64,000 nt of DNA, from the NCBI GenBank assembly GCA_007376405.1, contig VMGD01000006.1:19337-83336 (forward strand). Direction: 5' to 3'. Under the pieces are notes generated by a model. That model was not told the DNA's origin, made no database searches, and was given only the letters and a program-made list of their open reading frames with translations. Origin of the DNA: Microgenomates group bacterium Gr01-1014_7 (GTDB lineage Bacteria > Patescibacteriota > Microgenomatia > Daviesbacterales > UBA10151). Of the stretch, positions 46,184-56,041 are shown one piece after another. The translations under genes and the position numbers were made by a program. The first letter of the stretch is position 1; each line of letters opens with the position of its first letter.

Positions 46184-46492
46184 ATGACACAAGTAATGAA
46201 AGCGTCAGTTGTAAGGCAGCAATGGAGCCAACTGCTTAATCAGGTATTTACCGACCAAACAAGGATAGTGGTTGAAAAAAGCGGTATTCCTGTAGCAGCT
46301 GTTATTTCAGCTAAAGAGTTAGAGCGGCTTACTAGAATAGATGAACAAAGACAAGCACGTTTTAAGGTGCTGGATGAGATACGAGGAGCTTTTGAGAATA
46401 TACCTGTTAAGGAGCTCGAGAAAGAAGTAAACAAAGCGTTAGCGCAAGTCCGGGCAGAAAATCGGGCTAAAAGAGCATTAAATAAAAAGTGA
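46184..46492 (+). CDS. Phd/YefM-type antitoxin (VapB-like)
   Basis: MTQVMKASVVRQQWSQLLNQVFTDQTRIVVEKSGIPVAAVISAKELERL is an antitoxin fold; overlaps the downstream PIN gene by 4 nt. Confidence 0.6.
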   Translation: MTQVMKASVVRQQWSQLLNQVFTDQTRIVVEKSGIPVAAVISAKELERLTRIDEQRQARFKVLDEIRGAFENIPVKELEKEVNKALAQVRAENRAKRALNKK

Positions 46493-46914
46493 TTTCAGCA
46501 GTTTTAGATACTAATATTTTAGCCTCGGGTACTGTTACTGCCTTAACCCCTCCGGGACAGATACTTGATAGATGGTGTGACGGACAGTTTGAGCTAATTG
46601 TATCAGAGCATATTATTGAGGAATTGGAAAGCACCCTCAAAAAGCCATATTTTCAAAAACATCTTAGTACAAAGGCTAAAATAGCATATATGGAACTTTT
46701 ACAAACTGAAACAACCGTTACTCCAATAACTGTAAATGTTAAAGGGGTGGCTACCCACCCTGAAGATGATTTGGTGCTTGCAACAGCAATTTCCGCTAAA
46801 GCTGATTATCTGGTTACCGGGGATGGGCCGTTAATTAGAAAAGTTGGCAAAAAATATAAAGGCGTCACATTAATCAGTCCAACAGATTTTCTTGAAATAC
46901 TTAAAGAGCTGTAA
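46489..46914 (+). CDS. PIN domain toxin (VapC-like, TIGR00305 type)
   Basis: MISAVLDTNILASG..., conserved acidic residues ...EELES... and DYLVTGD. Confidence 0.75.
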   Translation: MISAVLDTNILASGTVTALTPPGQILDRWCDGQFELIVSEHIIEELESTLKKPYFQKHLSTKAKIAYMELLQTETTVTPITVNVKGVATHPEDDLVLATAISAKADYLVTGDGPLIRKVGKKYKGVTLISPTDFLEILKEL

Positions 46915-46968
46915 TTTAATTCTTGACGCTTTATAAAAAATCTGCTATTTTAAGCCAAGCCTATATTT

Positions 46969-47850
46969 ATGATTCAAAGGTTAATAAATCAAGCACGAGG
47001 TAGGGAAAGAGAACCTATTGCAACCTCATTACAACCAATAACTCCCCAGGCAGTAGAACTATGGAAAGCTATAGCCTCTAGAAGAAAACCTAATCGTGAA
47101 GAAACAGCAATTTATAAATTTGCTTTTGCACGCGAAGGAATAAAACCGGAAACTCCCAATCAGCATGCCTTCCTTGATTGTCTAAGGCGATATAATTATC
47201 CTTCAGTCGCAGGCGGGAATCCTTTTGAAGTTACCTTGTCTGTCAATCCTGATCCTGCCGACGTTTCATTATTAGTCAGTATTTGGTCACCTACCCCGCC
47301 AAAACTTGATCATCCTGTTCTTATTTTCCAAGAGTTTCCAGCAAGAGATGAATATAGACCGTTACAATTCCCATACAATATGATTATTACTGGAGAAGGG
47401 GATTCTATTTATACTGAAGCTTGCAGGTATGAACTTATGGGTTTTGATACAGATCAGAAAAAATTAATATGGCAGGAATCAGACGATAGAGAAGATTGGT
47501 TAGTTCGTCCTATTGGTGATGTTGAATTCCGAAGAGAGTTTGCAAGTGAGGCTTTAGCACTTCTTACAAAAGTCGCATTAACAGCTGATCCTGTTCGCGC
47601 AGCCGGGAAAGACAGTAGAGTGAGAACTGTTTTAGAGGATGTAAGGAAAGAAGGTATAACCAGATGGAGATCAAAAGCTTCATTTTGGAGCAGAATCCTT
47701 TCCGAACCAATTTTTTTCCAGCCCTGGTCAGTTGCAGCAGACAACTTTAAGGTTATGTGGTATAGAATGGATGTGGCAGATAAGGCTGGCGCTGCCGAAT
47801 ACATGAGAAAATATTATCCTCATAGTCTGCAACCAAGTCCAGTTGGATAA
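46969..47850 (+). CDS. hypothetical protein
   Basis: 293-aa ORF, no recognisable family. Confidence 0.45.
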   Translation: MIQRLINQARGREREPIATSLQPITPQAVELWKAIASRRKPNREETAIYKFAFAREGIKPETPNQHAFLDCLRRYNYPSVAGGNPFEVTLSVNPDPADVSLLVSIWSPTPPKLDHPVLIFQEFPARDEYRPLQFPYNMIITGEGDSIYTEACRYELMGFDTDQKKLIWQESDDREDWLVRPIGDVEFRREFASEALALLTKVALTADPVRAAGKDSRVRTVLEDVRKEGITRWRSKASFWSRILSEPIFFQPWSVAADNFKVMWYRMDVADKAGAAEYMRKYYPHSLQPSPVG

Positions 47851-47852
47851 AT

Positions 47853-48545
47853 TTAGCCTTTAATTATTTTGCAGTTGGGGCAGCGAAGGGTTGCAGGTTC
47901 ATAAATTTTGGCTGTCTGATCTGATAATTTAAATATTAACTCTGATCCTTCGTCTATATTAAAGATATCCCGGCTGTTATCAAAAGATAAGGTGGCTTTG
48001 CCCCTTTTTAAATTAAACGTAACAGTGTCTTTATCACCCAAGAAAACAGGCGGAACTTTTTCGGTAGTATTATTAAATGCTATCCCAAAACCGGCTTCAA
48101 ACTTCTTACCTGTTATGGATTTAAAATAACCGGTTGATCCAAAAATTGAAGCCACTACAATACCGTCACCAATGAAATATTTATCGTTTGCTAAAAATCT
48201 GATGGTATGGGTGGGATCGGAATTTCTGACTACAAAATCATTTAGAGCGTAAAAGTTTTTATATAAAACTATTGTTTCTAGCTTTTTATACTCTTTAAGT
48301 TGAAGGCGGCCGTCTAAAAGTTTTTTAAGCACTGTTTCATCCTCATGACTGGCGCATTTATTGCAAATCTGACTATTGCGTAAGGGTAGTTTCGGTATAC
48401 CTGGATACTGCCGTTCGGCAGATAAAAGTGTTCCGTCTCCGCCGAAACTTATTATGACCTCCGGATTTGAAGTTACTATCTCAAAGCCAAGCTCTTTTAC
48501 TAAAGGATCAATATTTTTAGATGCTTTTCCAAAAGTAAGAACTTT
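47853..48545 (-). CDS. nadK: NAD kinase
   Basis: GGDGTLL, NDFVV, DGIVVASIFGSTGY motifs. Start at MKVLTF. Confidence 0.8.
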   Translation of the reverse strand, partial: KVLTFGKASKNIDPLVKELGFEIVTSNPEVIISFGGDGTLLSAERQYPGIPKLPLRNSQICNKCASHEDETVLKKLLDGRLQLKEYKKLETIVLYKNFYALNDFVVRNSDPTHTIRFLANDKYFIGDGIVVASIFGSTGYFKSITGKKFEAGFGIAFNNTTEKVPPVFLGDKDTVTFNLKRGKATLSFDNSRDIFNIDEGSELIFKLSDQTAKIYEPATLRCPNCKIIKG

Positions 48546-48601
48546 CATTAAGCAAATTCTACTACAAAGAGGCAATTTAGGTTATACTTGTTATTTAATT
48601 A

Positions 48602-49833
48602 TGCCACCGAAAATTTCTCCCCTTTTGGCTTTAAAAGTAAGCCATTTTAGAAATTATTTATTTGGAGCATTTGTTTCTGATATAGGCAGCCAGATGCAAA
48701 TAGTAGCTGTTTCATGGCAAGTCTATGAGATGACCGGAAATCCGGCTTCGCTGGGTCTTATTGGTGTTGCCAATTTTGTACCAATCTTGCTTTTCTCTCT
48801 TGTTGGCGGGCTTGTTGCAGATAAAGTAGATAGAAAAAAACTTTTAATAATTACCTACAGTCTTCAAACAATTATTGCTTTTACTCTCTTTTTGCTTAGC
48901 TTTACTCATTTAATAAATCCCGCTTTAATATATTTAATTTTGGTTTTAGTATCAACCGTTCAATCCTTCTCTCTGCCCGGCAGACAAGCGGTTTTGCCAA
49001 ATCTTGTGCCAAAGAAATATTTTATGAATGCGGTTTCGCTGCAGACTCTGCAATTTCAAGGCGCAACCATGATCGGACCGGCCATTGCAGGAATATTAAT
49101 TGGCGGATTTGGAGTTCCATCGGTCTATCTTTTAAATGCTTTATCCTTCCTGTTTTTTATAGGTGTAGTATTTTCTTTAAAAATAGCTTTACAAAGCCAC
49201 GATAGAGAGGTTGAGTTTAGTTTAAGTTCTATTTCCGAAGGAGTGAAGTTTGTGGCAGGAGTGCCGATTCTTTATACCACCATGATTTTGGATTTTCTGG
49301 CTACTTTTTTTGGCACGGCCACTATTTTAATGCCTGTTTTTGCCAAGGACGTATTGCACGTCGGACCGCAGGGGCTGGGACTACTCTATTCGGCACCTGC
49401 TATAGGAGGAGTGCTGGCAGGGTTTGTACTGTCATCCTGGCATCAAGTTAAAAACCAGGGGAAAGTAATTATTACTTCTATAATTTTATATGGACTGGCA
49501 ACTATTGGGTTTGGGTTGTCAAATGCTTTCCCGGTTTCAATATTCTTTTTAATTTTGGTTGGGTTTGGGGATATGCTGTCAACAATTATCAGAAATACCA
49601 TCAGACAAATGGTTACCCCGGATCATTTAAGAGGCAGGATGTCATCAGTAATGAGGATTTTCTTCCAGGGGGGACCCCAGCTGGGGGAAATTGAAGCGGG
49701 ATTTTTAGCCAAAGCCATTGGCGGCCCGGCCACAGTGGTAATTGGGGGAATGGGGGTTATTTTAATTACTTCGCTAGTAGCCTGGAAATCAAAGGAACTG
49801 CGTACTTACCACGGCAAAGAGCTGGCAGTTTAA
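48602..49833 (+). CDS. MFS transporter
   Basis: 12-TM protein; start placed at MPPKISP (the ORF track's start lies inside nadK on the other strand); typical MFS loop motifs. Confidence 0.75.
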
Positions 49834-49840
49834 ATGGGAC

Positions 49841-49877
49841 TTGACAAGGGTTAGCACTCGGTGTATTATACTGCTAA
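49841..49877 (+). promoter_or_regulatory. hrcA promoter (TTGACA-17-TATTAT) with overlapping CIRCE-like inverted repeat TTAGCACTC-N9-tACTGCTAA
   Basis: Read from sequence; the inverted-repeat halves match the CIRCE consensus 9/9 and 7/9. Confidence 0.6.
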
Positions 49878-50605
49878 TGGAATTGACTGACAGACAAAAA
49901 GCGCTTTTAAAAGCAATTATTGAGGAATATATTGACACTGCAGAGCCGGTGAGCTCGGAGGTGATTGAGCGTAAGTATGATCTGGGGGTTTCCCCTGCTA
50001 CTATCCGGATTGAGATGGTTCGTTTAACCGAGAGCGGCTACCTTCGCCAGCCTCATACTTCTGCCGGACGGGTGCCAACTTCAATGGGCTTTAAGCTGTA
50101 TGTTTCGGAGCTGATGAAGGAGCGGCAACTGCCTGTGACAGCTGAGGTTTCAATAAAAGAGCAGCTGATGCAAAAACGCCACAAACAGGAAACTTTGCTT
50201 AAAGAAGCGGTTAAGGCCCTGGCCAAGCAGTGTGATATGCTGGGTCTGGTAGTGGATGATGAGGGGCAAATATACTGGGCCGGTGCAGCCAATATTTTGG
50301 ACTGGCCGGAATTTTATGATATTGATGTAACTCGGTTTGTTTTAGGGTTATTTGATGAATTTCCACGCTTAAAGGAAATTATCGGCAGGGCAGTTGGACC
50401 TGATCCGGTACATATTTTATTTGGTGAGGATATGGAGTTTGAATATTTGCGGCCAACCAGTTTTGTTTTTACAAAGTATAATCCGCAGCCGGATAAGCCC
50501 GGTGTTATTGGTGTAATCGGACCGGCCAGAATGAATTTTGCTTATGTGCTGCCATATGTTAAATACATTAGAGACATGGTAACTGAGGCAATGGTTAGAC
50601 AATAG
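49877..50605 (+). CDS. hrcA: heat-inducible transcriptional repressor HrcA
   Basis: MELTDRQKALLKAIIEEYIDTAEPVSSEVI...; first gene of the hrcA-grpE-dnaK-dnaJ cluster. Confidence 0.85.
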   Translation: MELTDRQKALLKAIIEEYIDTAEPVSSEVIERKYDLGVSPATIRIEMVRLTESGYLRQPHTSAGRVPTSMGFKLYVSELMKERQLPVTAEVSIKEQLMQKRHKQETLLKEAVKALAKQCDMLGLVVDDEGQIYWAGAANILDWPEFYDIDVTRFVLGLFDEFPRLKEIIGRAVGPDPVHILFGEDMEFEYLRPTSFVFTKYNPQPDKPGVIGVIGPARMNFAYVLPYVKYIRDMVTEAMVRQ

Positions 50606-50630
50606 TATCAAGTAGTAGGTATTAAGTATT

Positions 50631-51167
50631 ATGGGAAAAAAGCAAGAAAACAAAGTAGAAGAATTAGAAAAAAAGGTATCTGATCTGGAGAAGAAGGTTA
50701 TCGATTACGATAATCAGCTCAAAAGAGCAGTGGCTGATTATCAGAATCTTGAAAAAAGGATTAGTGAAGGTCGTTCAGAGCTGACAAACTTTGTCGGTGG
50801 GGAACTGATAAAAAGGATGCTGCCGGTACTGGATCATTTAGAGCAAGCCTTAACTGGAGTATCTGAGCAGGAAAGGCAATCTGGATGGGCAAAAGGGGTT
50901 GAGTTAGCTGTTAAAGAGTTTACTCAAGTCCTTCAATCGGAAGGATTGGAAGAGATTGTAGTTTCGGGTGAGTTCAATCCTGCTCTGCAGGAGGCTGTTG
51001 ACACCCGTGAAGGAGATGATAATATAATTTTAGAAGTTGTCAGAAAAGGGTATACTTTAAATGGAAGGGTACTGAGACCTACCCAGGTTGTGGTAGGCAG
51101 GAAACAACCTGAAAAAGAAACGCAAGAGCAAATGGAAAAAACAGTAGATACAGGAGATTACGCATAA
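50631..51167 (+). CDS. grpE: nucleotide exchange factor GrpE
   Basis: Coiled-coil N-terminus, [11 protein letters not shown] and the C-terminal beta domain. Confidence 0.9.
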   Translation: MGKKQENKVEELEKKVSDLEKKVIDYDNQLKRAVADYQNLEKRISEGRSELTNFVGGELIKRMLPVLDHLEQALTGVSEQERQSGWAKGVELAVKEFTQVLQSEGLEEIVVSGEFNPALQEAVDTREGDDNIILEVVRKGYTLNGRVLRPTQVVVGRKQPEKETQEQMEKTVDTGDYA

Positions 51168-51168
51168 T

Positions 51169-53097
51169 ATGGCTAAGATTGTGGGGATTGATTTAGGAAC
51201 AACAAATTCAGTAGTGGCAGTCATGGAAGGTGGGAAGCCCAAAGTGATCCACTCTTCGGAGGGGGAAAATATTATTCCCTCTGTGGTTAATCCTGGAAAA
51301 AATATTGTGGGAAGAGTGGCCAAGCGGCAATCGATTGTTAACCCCAAAGAAACTATTTTTTCCATAAAGAGGCTAATGGGCCGGAAATTTAAAGACTCTG
51401 AGGTGCAAAGAGATATTAAGTGGCTTCCTTATGAGATTAAAGAGGGTAAAAACGGCATGGCAGTTGTGGAAGTAGAGGGCCATGAATATACTCCCCAGGA
51501 AATTTCCGCCCAGATTTTGCAAAAAATTAAAGCTGATGCCGAGTCCTATTTAGGGGAAAAAGTAACAGATGCTGTAATTACAGTTCCTGCTTACTTTGAT
51601 GATGCCCAGCGCCAGGCTACTAAACAGGCAGGGGAAATTGCAGGGCTTAATGTTTCTCGGATTATAAATGAACCAACTGCAGCAGCGCTGGCTTATGGCC
51701 TTGATAAATCCCATGCCCATACTATTGCGGTTTATGACCTGGGTGGTGGTACTTTTGATATTTCCATTCTGGAGCTTGGAGACGGAGTAATTGAAGTAAA
51801 AAGCACTAATGGCGATACTCACTTAGGAGGAGATGATTTTGATCAGATAATTTTAGATTTCTTGGCAGAAGAATTTAAAAAAACAGAAGGAATTGATTTA
51901 AAAGGAGACAGGCAGGCCTTGCAGAGACTGCGAGATGCAGCCGAGAAAGCCAAGGTTGAACTCTCATCTACTCAGGAAGCTGCAATCTCCATTCCCTTTG
52001 TCACTGCGAATGCTAGTGGTCCAAAGCATTTGGAAATGAAGTTAAGTAGGGCCAAGCTGGAGGCAATGGTTAAGCCTTTAATTGATAAAACCTTTGATGC
52101 TGTAAAAGCAGCCTTAAAAGATGCCAAGCTGGAAGCTTCTAAAATTGATGAGATAGTTCTGGTTGGAGGGATGACCCGTATGCCTTCTGTTCAAAAGTCG
52201 GTGCAGGACTTTTTTGGGAAAGAGCCACATAAGGGAATCAACCCGGATGAAGTGGTGGCAGTTGGAGCAGCAATCCAGGGAGGGGTGTTGGGCGGGGAAG
52301 TTAAAGACGTATTGCTTTTGGATGTAACCCCCTTAACTTTGGGAATTGAAACTTTGGGGGGTATCCGAACACCCCTGATAAACCGGAATACAACCATTCC
52401 AAGTTCAAAATCGGAAATTTTCTCAACAGCAGCGGATAATCAAACCTCAGTTGAAATAAATGTTTTACAAGGTGAAAGAGAGATGGCAGCTGATAATAAG
52501 TCTTTGGGTAGATTTATTCTGGATGGGATTCCACCTGCACCAAGGGGTGTTCCACAAATTGAAGTTACTTTTGATATTGATGCCAATGGGATTTTAAATG
52601 TTACGGCCCATGATAAAGCTACAGGCAAAAAGCAAAATATTACTATTACAGGCTCAACAGGTTTAAGTAAAGAAGAAGTAGAGAAAATGACTAAAGAGGC
52701 AGAAGCTCATGCGGAGGAAGATAAAAAAAGAAGGGAAGAAGTGGAAATCAGAAATCAGGCAGATACTCTGGTTTTTACAGCAGAAAGAAGTTTAAAAGAC
52801 GGCGGAGACAAAGTCCCGGCTGATGTAAGGACAGATGTTGAGCAAAAATTAAATGATCTTAAAGGCGTTGTCCAAACTGCGTCTCCGGAGGATTTAAAAC
52901 CCAAAATGGAAGCATTGTCTGAAGCGTTGCAAAAAGTTGGGGCTTCTATGTATGAAAAACAGGGTACAGGTGACAGTGGACAGGGTACAGCAGAACAAAC
53001 CCCTGGTGAAGAGCCAAAAACAGAGGACTCGTCCTCCGAAGCCTCGGCGAAGGAGGAGGCTGTTGAAGGGGAAGTGGTGGAAGAAGAAAAGAAATAG
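51169..53097 (+). CDS. dnaK: molecular chaperone DnaK (Hsp70)
   Basis: [30 protein letters not shown] and the C-terminal EEVD-like tail. The stop codon lies in the first unit of a 14-bp tandem repeat. Confidence 0.97.
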   Translation: MAKIVGIDLGTTNSVVAVMEGGKPKVIHSSEGENIIPSVVNPGKNIVGRVAKRQSIVNPKETIFSIKRLMGRKFKDSEVQRDIKWLPYEIKEGKNGMAVVEVEGHEYTPQEISAQILQKIKADAESYLGEKVTDAVITVPAYFDDAQRQATKQAGEIAGLNVSRIINEPTAAALAYGLDKSHAHTIAVYDLGGGTFDISILELGDGVIEVKSTNGDTHLGGDDFDQIILDFLAEEFKKTEGIDLKGDRQALQRLRDAAEKAKVELSSTQEAAISIPFVTANASGPKHLEMKLSRAKLEAMVKPLIDKTFDAVKAALKDAKLEASKIDEIVLVGGMTRMPSVQKSVQDFFGKEPHKGINPDEVVAVGAAIQGGVLGGEVKDVLLLDVTPLTLGIETLGGIRTPLINRNTTIPSSKSEIFSTAADNQTSVEINVLQGEREMAADNKSLGRFILDGIPPAPRGVPQIEVTFDIDANGILNVTAHDKATGKKQNITITGSTGLSKEEVEKMTKEAEAHAEEDKKRREEVEIRNQADTLVFTAERSLKDGGDKVPADVRTDVEQKLNDLKGVVQTASPEDLKPKMEALSEALQKVGASMYEKQGTGDSGQGTAEQTPGEEPKTEDSSSEASAKEEAVEGEVVEEEKK

Positions 53098-53166
53098 AAG
53101 AAAAGAAATAGAAGAAAAGAAATAGAAGAAAAGAAATAGAAGAAAAGAAATAGAAGAAAAGAAATA
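53083..53166. repeat. perfect tandem repeat, 6 x 14 bp (gaagaaaagaaata), between dnaK and dnaJ
   Basis: Read from sequence. The first unit contains the dnaK stop; the array ends 10 nt before the dnaJ ATG. Confidence 0.95.
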
Positions 53167-53176
53167 AGAGTAATGA

Positions 53177-54061
53177 ATGGCAAAAAAGGATTACTACGAA
53201 ATATTGGGAGTTTCTAAATCTGCCAGTGAGGCGGAAATTAAATCTGCTTATAGAAAACTTGCCCGAGCGCATCATCCTGATATAGACAAATCCTCCGGAG
53301 CAGCTGAACGATTTAAAGAAGTTTCCGAGGCCTACCAGGTTTTATCTGATCTTCAAAAGAAACAAAGTTATGACCAATTTGGCCATGCTGCATTTGACCC
53401 TTCGGCACGCTCAGGGCAAGCAGGTGGATGGCAAACATATTCCTGGTCAACAGGAGGCGGAAATCCCAACATCCAGTTTGACTTTGGCGGATTTGAAGAC
53501 CCCTTCGAATTATTTGAGCAAATCTTTGGCGGAGCAGGTTTTGGAGAAGCTTTTAGAAGACGCCCAACTTACCAGCTTAATTTAAGTTTTGATGAAGCAA
53601 TAAAAGGAGCGACCAAAGAAGTTGAAATTGAATCAAGGAATTCCCAGGGAAGATTGGAGAGAAAGAGGATGAAAATTAAGGTCCCGCCAGGCGTGGACAA
53701 TGGCACTAAAATGAGGTTTGGGGATTTGGATATTGTTTTTCAGGTCAATAGAAGTCCTGAATTTTTAAGAGAAGGGGCAGATATTTTTTCGGAAATCAAA
53801 GTAACTATCCCCCAGCTGGTATTAGGGGATGTGTTTGAAGTTTTGACTGTGCAGGGAAAAGTTAAGGTAAAGGTGCCGCCAGGCACCCAACCCGGGTCTT
53901 TGGTTAAACTTAAAGGAAAAGGCGCTCCCAGAATAGGCGGAGGTCATGGTGATCACTATGTCAGGGTCAATCTGGAAATCCCTCAAAACCCTTCCAAACA
54001 GGAAAAGCAACTTTATGAAGAGTTATATAATCTCGGTTCCAAGAAAAAAAGCTGGTTTTAA
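53177..54061 (+). CDS. dnaJ: J-domain co-chaperone (DnaJ/CbpA-like, no zinc-finger domain)
   Basis: [32 protein letters not shown] domain, G/F-rich linker, C-terminal substrate-binding domains. No CxxCxGxG repeats. Confidence 0.8.
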   Translation: MAKKDYYEILGVSKSASEAEIKSAYRKLARAHHPDIDKSSGAAERFKEVSEAYQVLSDLQKKQSYDQFGHAAFDPSARSGQAGGWQTYSWSTGGGNPNIQFDFGGFEDPFELFEQIFGGAGFGEAFRRRPTYQLNLSFDEAIKGATKEVEIESRNSQGRLERKRMKIKVPPGVDNGTKMRFGDLDIVFQVNRSPEFLREGADIFSEIKVTIPQLVLGDVFEVLTVQGKVKVKVPPGTQPGSLVKLKGKGAPRIGGGHGDHYVRVNLEIPQNPSKQEKQLYEELYNLGSKKKSWF

Positions 54062-54846
54062 GCGCGTTTTGGCCAAAGCAAATTTATCCAGACTACTCCC
54101 AGGGTAATTATGGTTACCATGAAGGGGAAGCCGTAAATTAGTTCTATAACTAAACCTAAAGTTATGGCATAAAGTCCTGTCTTGTAAGAACTTCCGTAAG
54201 TTAAAGTCTGTTTAAAGAGCTTGCTTAAACCCCAGATTAGTATGGCAAGAAGTGCCAAGTAGATTAATCTGAAAATATAAGTTAAATAAATTCCCCCAAA
54301 AGCCAGCAGTAGAAGCACCGGACCGACAAATTTAAGCCAGGGAGTGATCATATTTGAATAAGATTTTAATGTTTCCTGGTTAAGCTTAAAATCTTTTATC
54401 TGGACCAGGTTGTATGAACTTGTTTCCAGATTATTCTTTTTGTAAAATATAGAATCTTTGGTTACCCAGGCCTCTACTTTGTATTCATTAAATTTTTGAG
54501 CGGAAAAAGAATTTTTGGTGTCAATAACTACCAGTTTTTGTTCACCGGCTGAGGGGTCGCAGTTGGAAATGAAATATGGTTCTTGCTGATTGCTGATGGT
54601 GTGGCCACCGGTTATTTTAATTTCCAAATCTTTTGGATAACAATTTACCACTTGCTGCACAATTTTTTGCAAACTCTTGGGAGCTTCAATCAACAAGGGG
54701 TTTATCAGGGTGATTAGGTGAATAGCGGTCAAGAGTAGGGTCAACAAAAGAAAATAGCCCAGGCTTTGTTTAAAAGATTTTTTAAAAATGCCGGAATAAA
54801 ATTGAGGTGAATAAATAGCCAGTCGGATTGTTTTAAAAAACTGCAT
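54058..54846 (-). CDS. hypothetical membrane protein
   Basis: 262 aa with multiple TM helices. Confidence 0.4.
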   Translation of the reverse strand: MQFFKTIRLAIYSPQFYSGIFKKSFKQSLGYFLLLTLLLTAIHLITLINPLLIEAPKSLQKIVQQVVNCYPKDLEIKITGGHTISNQQEPYFISNCDPSAGEQKLVVIDTKNSFSAQKFNEYKVEAWVTKDSIFYKKNNLETSSYNLVQIKDFKLNQETLKSYSNMITPWLKFVGPVLLLLAFGGIYLTYIFRLIYLALLAILIWGLSKLFKQTLTYGSSYKTGLYAITLGLVIELIYGFPFMVTIITLGVVWINLLWPKRA

Positions 54847-54936
54847 TAACTTAAATTAGCATATATTCTGCTTGACTTCAATTCTGCAGAAGAGTAGAAT
54901 AGGCTAAGGTGGGCTAGTCCCACCTTTTTAATTATT

Positions 54937-56040
54937 ATGGCACAAGCACGAACAGAATTTGCAGCTGCATTAAATCAAATAGCCTCTGAAAAGGGGGTAG
55001 AGGTGGAAGTGGTTTTGGATGCTATCCGCCAGGCTGCTTTGGCTGCTTATAAAAAAGATTTAACTTTGCGAAATGAGGAAGTTCCGGAAAACTTTGAGGA
55101 ATTTACCTCCAAGGTAGATCCTGTGATAGGTGAGATTTCTATTTTTGACGGTGATAAAAATGTCACCCCCCCGGGTTTTGCCCGAATTGCCGCCTCCATT
55201 GCCAAACAGGTAATCATGCAAAAGCTAAACGAGGCCGAGCGGGGGGCAATTTTGTCGGAATATGAAAGCAAAGTGGGGACTGTGGTATCCGGTGCCATTC
55301 AGCGGCAGGAAGGTAATACTTATTTTGTAGATTTGGGCCGGGCAGAGGGGATTTTGCCTCCGCCGGAACAGGTCCATACTGAAATTTACAGCCAGAACCA
55401 AAGATTAAAGTTTTTGATTAAAGAAATAAGAGAGGGTGGAAGAGGGTCTGAGGTGGTGGTTTCCAGGTCTGATCCGGCATTGGTTAAAGCTTTGTTTGCT
55501 TTGGAGGTACCGGAGATTCAATCAGGAGCAGTGGAAGTAAAAGTGATTGCCAGAGAGGCAGGTTCCAGAACCAAAATTGCCGCTATTTCAACTCAGGATG
55601 GGGTTGATCCTGTCGGCTCTATGGTTGGACAAAAAGGGGTGAGAGTGCAGGCCGTGATGAGTGAGCTGGGGGAGGAAAAAATAGATATTATTAGCTATTC
55701 TGATGACCCGGCCAGGTTTATTGCTGCAGCCCTGTCCCCTGCCAAGGATATTCAGGTCAAACTTAATGAAAAGGATAAGGTGACAACAGTGACTGTACCG
55801 CAAAACCAGCTATCTTTGGCTATAGGAAAAGGCGGGCAAAATGTCCGTCTGGCAGCCAAACTAACCGGCTGGAAGATTGATATTGAGGGGGCGGAAGAAG
55901 GTACAGCCGAGAAAAAAGAAGAACCATCCAGTGCTCCTGCTCAAGCAGCAACAGATGATACAGAAGAAGTTTCCGCCAAAGGCGGATTGGCCTCTGGCCA
56001 AAAAGAAGAGAAAAAAGAGGTAGAGCCTCAAGATAAGTAA
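54937..56040 (+). CDS. nusA: transcription termination/antitermination factor NusA
   Basis: N-terminal NusA domain, S1-like and two KH regions (GSRTKIAAISTQDGVDPVGSMVGQKGVRVQAV; LAIGKGGQNVRLAAKLTGWKIDI). Confidence 0.85.
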   Translation: MAQARTEFAAALNQIASEKGVEVEVVLDAIRQAALAAYKKDLTLRNEEVPENFEEFTSKVDPVIGEISIFDGDKNVTPPGFARIAASIAKQVIMQKLNEAERGAILSEYESKVGTVVSGAIQRQEGNTYFVDLGRAEGILPPPEQVHTEIYSQNQRLKFLIKEIREGGRGSEVVVSRSDPALVKALFALEVPEIQSGAVEVKVIAREAGSRTKIAAISTQDGVDPVGSMVGQKGVRVQAVMSELGEEKIDIISYSDDPARFIAAALSPAKDIQVKLNEKDKVTTVTVPQNQLSLAIGKGGQNVRLAAKLTGWKIDIEGAEEGTAEKKEEPSSAPAQAATDDTEEVSAKGGLASGQKEEKKEVEPQDK

Positions 56041-56041
56041 T

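Noticed and set aside
48376-48601. N-terminal extension of the MFS transporter ORF (track start 48376)
   Set aside because: It overlaps nadK on the opposite strand. The first TM helix and a plausible start occur at 48602.
53083-53166. CRISPR array
   Set aside because: Perfect 14-bp tandem units with no spacers and no cas genes. It is a simple tandem repeat. No CRISPR-like repeat-spacer architecture anywhere in the window.
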